Source of the DNA: Entomortierella parvispora E1425
Lineage: Eukaryota > Fungi > Mortierellomycota
DNA: 64,000 nt
Direction of reading: 5' to 3'
NCBI GenBank assembly: GCA_020891255.1
Contig: BQFW01000002.1
Coordinates: 1,922,001 to 1,986,000 of the forward strand
Part shown: positions 38,167 to 49,600 of the stretch, in pieces
Numbering within the stretch: the first letter of the stretch is position 1
How the letters are laid out: the number at the start of each line of letters is the position of its first letter
Notes under the pieces: model-generated
Seen by the model: the letters and a program-made list of their open reading frames with translations, nothing else
Told to the model about the DNA's origin: nothing
The model's database searches: none
Position numbers and translations under genes: made by a program

Positions 38167-41100
38167 ATGGAAGAGACTCTATCGTTTGGCACGCTTGCCA
38201 TTCCGACAAGAGTCGAAATTGTCTGCTGCAATGGCATCAATGACCAGAACCCTGCGATTATGACTGAGCAGGATGTCATCAGTTTGATACTTGAGTTTAG
38301 TGGAGCCAGGTAACAACACCAAGCTCAAAAAAACTCAAACAGCGACCATGTTCTGATGGATTAGACTCTTTTTTTTTTCTAACTTGTCGATCTATATCAT
38401 GAATTGGCTACATAGCTTGCAGGCCCTAGCTAAACAAAACCCAACTGCTCGTGCCTACCTGAGAAGCGCCTCGGCTCAAAACAGCATCGGTATTATGTAC
38501 CGTGACGGAAAGGGCGTTCGACAGAGCTACTCCAATGCCAAAGAATGGTTTTTCAGGGCCGCTGACCAAGGACATGACGATGCTCAGTGCAACTTGGGGA
38601 AAATATATCGCTTGGAGAAGAATCACTCTAAGGCCATGGAGTGGTTTATGGAGGCTGCTAGTCAAGGATACGCAGCTGCTCAATTCGCTGTCGGCACGAT
38701 GTATTATGAGGGCAACGGGGTCCCGCAGGACCTCACTACAGCCATGGAATGGTATTTGAAAGCATCCATCCAAGGATACGCAATTGCCCAGTTCAGTATG
38801 GGTCTAATGTACGATATTGGAGAGGGAATTGACCAGGACTACGAGAACGCTGCGGTGTGGTATTGGATGGCGGCCAATCAAAGATACGCTCTAGCCCAGT
38901 ATAACCTGGGTATATTATACCAATACGGCAAAGGCATCCCACTGAATCACTCCTGGGCTGTGATGATGTATATGGATGCAGCGGCCCAAGGACTGGCCCA
39001 GGCACAGCACTATCTTGGAAAACTCTATTTTGTTGGCGACATTGTTATACAGGACAAACTCAAGGCAATGACTTGGTACTCGAGGGCTGCTCAGCAAGGA
39101 GATCCCGATGCTCAGTTCAAACTAGGCTCTATGTATGACGATGGAGACGGCATTCAACAGGACTATCAAAAAGCTGCAGAGTGGTATTCAAGAGCGGCCG
39201 ATCTAGGACAAGTCGATGCTCAATTCAGCTTGGGCTTCCTATACCAATATCGTCGGGTCGCCTTGGCAGATGACATCAGCGCCCTGGAGCTGTACCTGAA
39301 GGCCGCAGCGCAAGGGAATGTCAATGCCCAATTCCAACTTGGCATCCTGTACTATCATGGCAAGGAGGCTCCACAGGATTATACCAAGGCGTTGGATTTT
39401 TACCTCCAAGCCGCTAAGCAAGGCCACGCTGCTGCCCAAAATTACGCTGGCAACATGTTCCGCCATGGTCAAGGAACCTCCCAGAACTATAACATCGCCA
39501 TCGAATGGTATCTCAAGTCAGCCGATCAAAGATTTGCTTCAGCACAGAAGAACTTGGGTGACCTGTACCTGAGCGGCAAGGGTTTCGCCTTGAACTACAG
39601 GGAAGCCATGATGTGGTAGAGTTTGGCCGCCAATCAAGGAAACGCCGTTGCTCAGCTCAATATTGGTCTGATGTACAATGATGGCAGGGGTGTCCAACGG
39701 AACTATAACGAGGCTATGTGGTGGTTTGTTAAAGCCGCCAACCTCGGATATGCTGGCGCTCAGTTTAATATAGGCCTGATGTACCGCCATGGAAAGGGTG
39801 TTCCGAAGAGCTCTTCCGAGTCTAAAAAATGGTTTCTCATGGCTGCCCACAAAGGATACTCCGATGCCCAACATGCCATAGGCGCAATGTATCACCACGG
39901 CAAAGGCGTACCACAGGATTACCAAAAGGCAGTTGGATGGTACACTATGGCCGCCGATCAAGGGAAAACCGTTTCTCAGCACATCTTGGGTACAATGTAC
40001 CACAATGGCGAAGGAACTCCCCAGAATTACCGAGAGGCCATGAAGCGGTTCTCAGAGGCAGCTGACCAAGGACATGCTGATGCCCAGTGCCGTATAGGTG
40101 ATATGTACCGTCATGGCGAAGGTGTCTCTCAGAACTACCAGCAAGCTATGAAATGGTATATGAAGGCAGCCGATCAAGAGGTGGCCAACGCTCAGACCAA
40201 CATTGGCGCGATGTTCCATGATGGCGAAGGTGTTTTGAAGGACTACCAGAAAGCCATGGAATGGTATTTAAAGGCTGCTAATCAAGAATACGCCAGTGCC
40301 CAGTGCGTCATTGGCGAAATGTATCGGGATGGCGAGGGCGTTCCACAGAGCCATTCCATTGCCAAGGAGTGGTTTTTCAAGGCCGCCAGCAAAGGACATA
40401 CCGCAACCCTATGCAACTTGGGTATGATGTATCGCCAAGAAAACGATCATTTCAAGGCTATAGCGTGGTTTGTGGAGGCCGCAAATCAACAGCACGCTGA
40501 AGCTCAATTCTATGTTGGCACGATGTATTACGAGGGTAAAGGTGTTTCGCAAGATTTATCTATGGCAATGGAATGGTATATGAAGGCCGCCCGCCAGGGT
40601 CACGTGATTGCTCAGTTCTGCGTTGGCGCGATGTATGATGACGACAAAGGCGATACCCACAACAATGATTTGGCTGCAAGATGGTACTCAATGGCGGCCA
40701 ATCAAGGATATCCCATTGCCCAGTTTAACTTGGGCATTTTGTACCAACAGGGTAGAGGTGTTCTGCAAGACAAGTTCAAGGCTATGGAGTGGTATATGAA
40801 GGCAGCGAAGCAAGGACTCGCCTGTGCCCAGTACCATATTGGGCTAATGTACCATGTTGGTGACATCGTCTGGCAAGACAAACATAGGGCCTTGACATGG
40901 TATATGAAAGCCGCGGAGCAAGGGGATGTCGATGCTCAATTCAGCATTGGAGCCATGTACGACGAAGGTGATGGCGTTTCTCAGGATTATCAAATTGCAG
41001 CAGAGTGGTATTCAAGGGCGGACAATCAAGGACATGCCGGCGCCCAATATAACCTGGGCTTTCTATGCCAACATTGCGGAGTCACCTCTCCGAACAACTC

Positions 41101-42739
41101 CAGACCTCTGGACCTATACACGAAAGCAGCGTCTCAAGGAAACGCCAATGCTCAGTTCTGCTTAGCTATCATGTATTATCATGGCAACGACACCTTACGC
41201 AACTATACCAGGGCATTGGAGCTCTACCTTGAAGCTGCCGAACAAGGACATGCTGCTGCCCAGAATTACGCTGGTGAGATGCTCTACTATGGCCGTGGAA
41301 GCTCCCAGAACCTTTCCGGAGCCATGAGGTGGTATCTTAAGGCAGCTGCTCAAGGATTTGCTTCCGCACAGAGAAATATAGGCCGCATGTATCAGAGCGG
41401 CACTGGTGCTCCTCTGAACTATAAGAAGGCCATGGAGTGGTATTTGGAGGCGGCTGATCAAGGAGACGCCGGTGCTCAATACATTGTAGGCACGATGTAC
41501 AACAATAAGGAGGGATTTCCCCAGGACCATCGCAAAATATTGGGATGGTATTTGAAAGCTGCTAAGCAAGGATACCTTAGTGCCATGAGCAGCCTAGGTA
41601 CAATGTACCGGGATGGCAGGGGTGTTCCCCGGAGCTACCAGAAGGCTTTGAAATGGTACTTGAAGGCTGCCCAACAAGGAGACTCCTGTGCTATGAGCAA
41701 CCTAGGTGGACTGTACTGGGACGGCAGGGGCGTTCCCAAGGACCACCGAAGGGCCAGGGAGTGGTACTTGAAAGCCGCTGATCAAGGAGATGCCGAGGCT
41801 CAGTACATTATAGGAGTTATGTACCGCGACGGAGAAGCTTCCAACCAGGACTATTCGACAGCCATGCAGTTCTGTATGAAGGCCGCCGAACAAGGATACG
41901 CTAGAGCCCAACATACTGTGGGTGCGATGTACCACGAAGGCAAGGGTGTTTTGCAAGACTATCAAAAGGCCAAGGAGTGGTATACGAAGGCGGCACAACA
42001 AGAAAACTCCAATGCCCAGTTCATGCTTGGTATAATGTACGAGGACGGCGAGGGTGTTCCTGAGAACCGTCAGGAAGCTTTAAAGTGGTATATAAAGGCC
42101 GCCGATCAAGGGCATGCCGATGCCCAGGTCTACATGGGCGTTGCGTTTCACGATGGGAGAGGAGTTTGCAGGAACTACCAGAAAGCAATGGAGTGGTACT
42201 TGAAGGCTGCCGATCAAGGGGTCACCAGTGCTCTGATTACCATAGGTGCGATGTATCATGATGGCAATGAGGTTCCCCAGAATTATCAGAGAGCGTTGGA
42301 ATGTTATTCTAAGGCTGCTGAGCAAGGAGAAGCCACTGCTCAGTGCATCATGGGCACAATGTATTACAATGGCCAGGCCGTTTCCACAGACTACGGCATG
42401 GCCATTAAGTGGTATAGGATGGCTGCAGACCAAGGAGACGCGATCGCTCAACGTAACCTAGGAGTCATGTACCACAATGGTGAAGGGGCTCCCCAGGACT
42501 ACCAGAAAGCCATGACATGGTACTTGAAGGCTGCCAAGCAAGACGACACTGATGCCTTGTGTCTCATAGGAAGGATGTACCAGAATGGAGAAGGAATCCC
42601 CAAAGACCACCAAATGGCCGTGGACTGGTATATGAAGGCGGCCCATAAAGGAGACACCTCTGCTCGGAATCAAATAGCCGCAATATACTATGACGCCAAA
42701 GGTTCTTCTCATTGTAACCATGTAGCCAGAGAGCAGTAA
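38167..42739 (+). CDS. Giant Sel1-like repeat protein (~39-40 repeats) interrupted by one in-frame TAG
   Basis: 36-aa repeats AQxxLGxMYxxGxGVxQDYxKAMEWYxKAAxQG. ORFs 38384 and 39623 are in the same frame, separated by TAG 39617-39619. Intron 38310-38415 links an upstream exon; true start uncertain. Confidence 0.85.
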
Positions 42740-43277
42740 CTGAAAGTCGCCAACCAAAAAGAGTACATCATCGACTTCCCGCACCATTGTAGACAACCTT
42801 TGTTCATCGATACAAGGTAATCGAACTTTGCTGGTGATGGCTATAGCCCCGGATATATCCCCAAGGAATTACGCGAATTTTTCTCCGTATATTTACTATC
42901 GCTTGTGCACCTAGATGGACGCCATCTCGATTTGAACTGGACCCAAGAGACCAAGAGAATCCACTTTTGTTTGGAAAAAAAATACCCAAGGGGGCATGGC
43001 AACGATGGTCCACTATTTACAACGGAATAGCCTTGGCCTCTGACACCTCATGTTGGATCTCTAAAAAAAAATAGACTAATCGGTCGGTACTTGGTCATGG
43101 AATTTGTTCAAATGAACAGATCAATGACCTCTTCAGACAGATCTCAATGGCACTCCTTCATTACCTATCTTGGACTGACAATGATCGAGACTTTTCTCAC
43201 CAAGTTCAATCTTATAGAGCTCTGTGTTTATTTAATGTACATTTTTAGAAAATATTTTTCCTTAGAGATTGTTTTTT

Positions 43278-44162
43278 TTAGGCGGCAATGGACGACTTCC
43301 AGTTTCTAGCACGCTCGAAACCGTTCTGGCCGTACTGATAATCGACAAACGTGTTGTAGATCTCCTCCTTGGTGTTCATGACAAAGGGGCCGTGTTGGAC
43401 AATGGGCTCCTTCAATGGCTCTCCAGCAATGACCACAAAGTGTGCGTCCTCGTCCCTGGTTTCGATCTTGATCGTCTCCGCGCCATCCTCCGAGAATGTC
43501 AAGGTGTGATGAGCCAAGCCCTCAAAGGCCTTGTCGCCGATGTAGGCCTTGCCCTTCAACATGTAGATGAAGCCAGTGTAGCTGGCAGGGATCGACTGGA
43601 CAACAGACTTGTTCTTGTCCATCTTGTAATCCAAGTACATGGTGGGTGTCCGAGTGTAGACCTGGCTCTGGACTCCATGGGATTCTCCTGCAATGACCTT
43701 AACCTCAACGCCCTCCTGAGGGTTAGCTCTCTTGATCTCCTTATCGAGCAACTCCTGGTACTGAGGTTCGCACATCTTGTGCTCCTTTGGCAAGTTGATC
43801 CAGAGCTGAAGACCGTGAGCCCTGGTCTGGGACTTGACGGGCATCTCTGAATGAACAATTCCTCGGCCAGCGGTCATCCACTGGAGATCTCCGGGGCCAA
43901 TAGTGCCCTTGTGTCCTGCAAAGTCCTCGTGTTGGAACTGACCCTCAAGCATGTACGTCACGGTCTCGAAGCCGCGATGAGGGTGATCTGGGAAGCCGCC
44001 GTTCTTGTCCACGTTGAACTCGTCCAACATAAGGAAAGGGTCGTGGTTCCGGAGCTCGGGTCGGCCAATGGAGCGACGAACTCTGGCGCCGACACCTTCA
44101 GCCTGTTCCTTGGAGAGGACGGCCTTGACAATGGATCTTGAAGCTCTTGCGATGGTCGACAT
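43278..44162 (-). CDS. Pirin (bicupin)
   Basis: Intronless 294 aa; EGVGARVRRSIG, DPFLMLDEF, GFPDHPHRGFETVTY, WMTAGRGIVHSEMP, GPFVMNT. Confidence 0.95.
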   Translation of the reverse strand: MSTIARASRSIVKAVLSKEQAEGVGARVRRSIGRPELRNHDPFLMLDEFNVDKNGGFPDHPHRGFETVTYMLEGQFQHEDFAGHKGTIGPGDLQWMTAGRGIVHSEMPVKSQTRAHGLQLWINLPKEHKMCEPQYQELLDKEIKRANPQEGVEVKVIAGESHGVQSQVYTRTPTMYLDYKMDKNKSVVQSIPASYTGFIYMLKGKAYIGDKAFEGLAHHTLTFSEDGAETIKIETRDEDAHFVVIAGEPLKEPIVQHGPFVMNTKEEIYNTFVDYQYGQNGFERARNWKSSIAA

Positions 44163-44609
44163 GTCTTTTGTACGTGTCCTGTGAAGGGGTAATATAGCTG
44201 GGGAAAGAAAGGTCGTGTTGCTGTTGAAGTGGGTTAAAGATGCTGAGAGTGAGGGTAATGTAGCTGTTGTTGTTGTTTGTTGCTGGGTTCCTGTGGATTG
44301 CTGTAGTGTTCTGAAAATTGAAGAAAGACGAAAAAACCAAAGCCCCCACGACTCATTTATAGCATTTTTTTTTTTTTTTTTTGAATTTCATCGAATGATT
44401 AATACGCTGTCAGCATGTCTAAGCCACCCGCGGCTCAGCTCCGAGCTTAGATTGTCTCCCTAAAAAGGAAAGCGATCGATTGGTAAGACTGGCAAGATCT
44501 GCGACCGTGTGGTGCCCGACAGAACGTTCCAGGGTTCTTCTCACTTCTCACTCTATAGAAAACCTTGTCATCTGTTTGTTTGTTTTATTCCTTACAAAGC
44601 ACTGTTTCT

Positions 44610-46096
44610 TCATCCATCCACTTTGCTTTTGTGCATCATGAATGCGGGAGTCACCCAGGTCCCGCAAGAGCACTGATCGCCCGACCAATTGAAAGTACCC
44701 AGCTTAGAGTCGCACTTTGGGCAAGAGATCTTTCCTTCGAGTCCGTAAAGCTCCTGAATCCACTCCACAGGTTCAATGAAATAAGACTGGCACACAGTAG
44801 CGTGGACAGGGTTGATCTTGGAAATATCTGTTTGAATAGCCTAGAAAAATTCAGCGAGGGACATAAAGAATCGAGTCGGTAAGATGAGAGATAGCCCACG
44901 AAAAAACATCAATCAAGAAAGAGAGAAAACACGATCGCTTACTTCAGTGATGTGGAGAGTGGCATCTCTCTTTCTGTACTGGAATGAACTTTGTCCTTGT
45001 CCTGGGGTATGAGAAACAACACTGTCACGACCAACCAAAGCGCGACGGCACTTCTTGCATTTGAGAGGTCTTTGAGAAATCCCTGGCATAGCCGCTCCTG
45101 CTGTTCCTGCGTTCTGAGGATCTGCTGCCAAAGTCATATCCTCGATATAACCGTACACTAATAAAACAATCGATAAGCTTCAATGCCTTTGACATTCTAG
45201 TGCTGAGATCATGTCCGTATTGTGGTAGGATCAGGTCATACTCTCGCGATGGGCCGCCATGTTGGCAATCAGGAAACGACGGTACTCTGTCCTATTTACG
45301 TTCACGTCAAAGCTGATATCGCCGTAGAGGCTCAGCTGCGTCATGAATCCATCGTTGGGTCTAAACGGAGTATGAATATAAAAATCGTTCATGGTGAATA
45401 CCGCTTGTCGCAGACTAAGTATCATCAGAAAAGGGCAGAAGTCAATCCAGATTCTCTTACCCTGCAATCTGTCTCAACTTCTTAACAGTCGAGAGCGCTT
45501 CATCTGCGGTCATGCCTTTTGTCTTCATCAAGTATGCGCAAACAATGGTGACGCTCCTTGATGCTCCCGCCATGCTACATCGGGTTTAAAAAAATCGCAT
45601 GAGTAAAAAAAATTCAGGCCCCTTGATCCTTCGAGGCGCAGTCGCTCAAGACATTCCGTCCACAAGAATGGTCCAACAACAAGCGACCTCCTACCAATGA
45701 ACCAAGACTCTTCCTCCCTTCTCCAATGCCTGGTTGATAAACGTGTAGGTATCTGGAAAGTGCTTGATCAGGTTGGTTTCGTCCATGTCTGGTACTGTAA
45801 TAATCTTGTACATGAAGTGTCCAGGGAAGCGAGGCGTAGGGACATCAGTCACTTGGACAATATGTGTAATGCCAGTTTCCTGAAGGTACTCTAGTGACTC
45901 TGCTGGTCCAGCCCTATATGAAAATGGAATGGTCCCCCAAAAATCGCGTTAGAAACGAGGCTCCGCGTATAAACGGAAAATAGACACCATGTTCCGAATG
46001 AGGTAGTCCAGTTCATTACCCGCTAACAAATAATCCTGGAAGAACTTCCTGCATCTTGCGAATGACACTTCCGTCAAAAATGGGCTCTTTCTCCAT
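44610..46096 (-). CDS. YVH1: Dual-specificity phosphatase Yvh1/DUSP12 (multi-exon)
   Basis: LLVHC|MAGASRSVTIVCAYLM, PNDGFMTQL, CKKCRRAL, and zinc domain CPKCDSKLGTFNWSGDQCSCGTWVTPAF. Confidence 0.9.
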
Positions 46097-46669
46097 GGTG
46101 ATGTATGAATGGATGTTGTCGGATTGAATGTGTGTGTGAAAAGAAAAGAATAGTGGGGGCTTTGCTATTGGTCAAGGGTGGCTTAGATTAGTTTTCACGA
46201 CGATTCACAAAAATCACAATTTCACATGCGACCTTTGCAAAAAAAAAAAAAAAATAGCGACCTACCCGGAGCAAAACCTGAAGAGACGAAGAGAGAGGTG
46301 ATCAACGTGTTAGAAAGACTTGTAGCATGTCGCTTGCCTTTGCCTTTTGAACAAGACCTTTTTCTTACCCCATTCTACTAATAGGTAGATTACGCGAGTT
46401 TGTTAGTATCGCTGAGGGGTGAGGATGCTGATCCTGCTGTTGGATCTATTGTGATGATTGCGAAAAGTAGTCAACCATGGTGACAGTGAGTCTCAAGTGC
46501 GTTGGATGACTCGAGGCGGTTGTTGTATTTACCTTGCTGCTGCTGCTGCTGTCGCCTGGGTGCAGAAGAAGATGACAATGAGGCTGAGGCTGATGTAGCG
46601 GCCGGCGATGGGGTAGAGGGCGATGCCGAGAAGGCCAAGCCTACAAGGGAGGATGAATATACATCCATG

Positions 46670-49600
46670 TTAGAAAGCGGTCTCGCTTTTTGAACGCTCC
46701 CATGGACTTGCCTGTGTGCTGCCCTGCTTGCGGGTGAATGGACTGGCCACGGCGAATGGGACCTGTTGCGATGGACAGTCAAAGAAATGGTCGGCGCCTG
46801 TGTTAGATAACGAATGGATATAATTGTGGAGCAACTGGGCGATTCACTCACCTCCTGTGGATGATCCTGCTTCGGCTTGCCTTCCTCGCACTGACTCTGC
46901 GTAGGACCACAACCGCATGGGTGGTCTCTGTGCCCCGGTCTGTGGCTGACTCTGCGGCTGACTCTGTGTCTGCTGTCGTGTTTGGGGTTGCATCCGTGGA
47001 CGAGCTTGCGAACTTGACGCCGATGCTGGTCCTTGCCGTGCCTGTGCCTTTGCCACTCCCACTGCTGCAATGGCTGCATAGCTTTGTTTTTGTGATGACT
47101 GAGTGGGTGAAAGAAGCGACCTTTGCTCTGGTGTCCATGATGCCTGGGCCTGTGTCTGGGCCTGAGCCTGACTGTGCGTTTGCGAACCCAGAGCTGAACC
47201 TGTCCATGATCCTTGCGGTATCTGTGCCAGCGTCTGCGGTGCCGTCCTCTTTGCAGCAGGACGAGTGCGTCGCTTCTTTGGTGGAGGGCCTTCCGCCTGC
47301 ACTTGCGTAGAGCTTGACCCTGCGGCTGACCCTGAGCCAAGCTGGGCTAGAGTCCGTGCTTGCCTCTGCTTTTGGGCATCCTTTCGGCTCAACTTTGGCG
47401 TCTGCGGAGTGCCTGAGAAAATACAATGTGAAATGTGGTCAAGAGGACGTCAAGAGGACATTCAGCAGCACATGGTCTATAAACCTATAAAAGCACGAGC
47501 AGCAGAGTTGTCTTACCTGGCGGCGACGGTGGTGGTGGAGGTGGTGGTGGTGCGCTTGAACTGCTCGAACTGGCAATGTCTGGCTGATCACCAGATTCAC
47601 CACGGCGAATGATTTTGTTGGCTGGCACACCCGGTGGAAGGTTGGGTCCATACCTTTGGTCAAAGACAAATTTCTCGTCCTTTGTGATTGGCAAAAGGTA
47701 GGCAGGGCGCGAGAGGTGGTCCAGGTAGTACCTGGTCGCCACGACCATGTTGGAAGCAGCAAGCAGATCCCGGTGGAACCATGTCCCGCAGCGGACACAA
47801 TGGGCACGGCGTATTCCTATATAGCCCACAAAGTCCTGCTCGGAGATGCCGCTGCTCTGACACTTTGGGCAACGGCGGGAGGTATAATACTCTGGCAAAC
47901 CAACAATGATGTAGCCAAGTCTTCGGGCCTAGTTTCAGCGGTTGTAAACATGAATCGTGGAACAACTGTTAGTCTCTTGTTCTTGTTGACTGGACCTTGA
48001 CAGATCAAAAAAAAAAAAAAAAAAAAAAAAGTGAAAGAAAAAAAATTACCCGTGGCACAAAGTGGTCCAGAAACGTGTTGTGCTTGGACATTTCGTAGCC
48101 CTTTGACACTGACGAGAACCCATGCTTCCCGTCCTGCCCGATGGAAATTACTCCCCTCGGTCTGGGCTGACCATCCTCTTGCACGCGCAGATGTGTCCCC
48201 ATGGCTGTTAAGATATGGTTGGTCAGAATGTCTAGCTCTGCCGTTGTCGCACGCTTCGTTTGTGCCTCACTCTTTTGATGTCGATGGCCTTTGTTGTAGA
48301 ACGAAGATAGTAAATGGTACTCTGGGGTCAACTTTTCCTGGATCCGTCCCTTTGGGTTGTTGTCCATCGACTCTAGTCTTGTTTCATACATTGCTATGGC
48401 CTGACCAGTCGTGGTCATTCCTGGAGTGAACTTGCGTGGTGGGATCAACTTGGCGCTCTCTCCAACCGGGACGTCAATGATGGTGTTGTTCTTCAATCTA
48501 TTGACTTCGCTCCGACGTCGATTGGACGGTTGGTACACTGCCCTTGTCTTTGCACTGATCGTATAGATAAAGTCGTCACTGTCATAGCGCCTGCAGGCAA
48601 ATCCGACCATAAACTCCTTGCCAAGGTCAATCGCGCCAATGTCCACCCTGGTTGTGTCTGGAAACATTGCCGTCAGTGATTCCTGGCTAGGAACGGCTGT
48701 TGACAAGTTTGGTAGCAACTTTCGATTATCAGGGGAGAGGACATGTCTCCTGCGGAACCCTCCCCCCTCTTCGAATATCTCTGTGATAAATCGTTGTTGC
48801 TTCCGAATCCGGAGATCGACAGTTGAGAGGTAGGCGTGGGACCCATTGGTGACGATCGATCCTCTGTGTAGATACGACGGCAAAGAGTTTTTTGGTTGTC
48901 CGCGCACCAGGTTGGTAGCATCTGGTATCCTCCGCTGTGCCATCAAGAACTCGCTCGAGCTAACACTCTTGTCCGAGGCATCATTTACCAGGTATGCTCT
49001 CAGATCAGACATCTCTTGTATCGTGGCAGTGGTGACATTGTCTTTGTCTCCCTTGCCGAGGGGTGTCACCAGCTTTGTGAGGAGCCAACCGGGACGCAAC
49101 TCGTTGAGTTCTAGCTTGAAGTTCTGTTGAGTGGATGCAGGAAGGCCTTGGAGGGTCTTTTCGGCGTTCCGTATAACCATGATAAAGTTGAATATATCCC
49201 AAACCCACTGGATATGGTTCCAAAGGTCCAGCTCGCTTAGCCTGATGTAGCCGTTCCTTATGGGGGACTGAGGAAGACTTGTCGCAATGCCGGCCGCCTG
49301 GTCAATAAAATACCTCCGCAACTGACATGCTAAACGGATGCCCAGTTGAGCCACAATACTGCTTTCCAGGTACACATTTTTCGACCCTTTGGCTTGAATC
49401 CCAGTCAAGACGAGGAGCGTGGACTCGTCAAAGTTGGTATTAACTTTGGAGTATAACGAGCGAATATCTTCAATGAGGTGGCGGTTGGTGTTTCCCTGAC
49501 CAATTTCAAATTGGTGTCGAAAATACCTGAGCAGAGATGCCACGAAGCTGCCATTGTCCCCCTTCATTCCCGATTCATCCTCAGTGTCTCCCTCGTCGTC

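Noticed and set aside
39617-39619. Pyrrolysine or selenocysteine recoding of the stop
   Set aside because: The codon is TAG (Sec uses TGA), Pyl machinery is not known in fungi, and the position is a structural Tyr.
38477-42700. 108-nt periodicity as a CRISPR-like or non-coding repeat array
   Set aside because: The period equals a 36-aa Sel1 repeat, with divergence at synonymous positions; there is no repeat-spacer structure.
47485-47898. Standalone small zinc-ribbon ORF
   Set aside because: It is an internal exon: intron 47929-48049 joins FVPR to ARRLGYIIVGLPEYYTS in frame.
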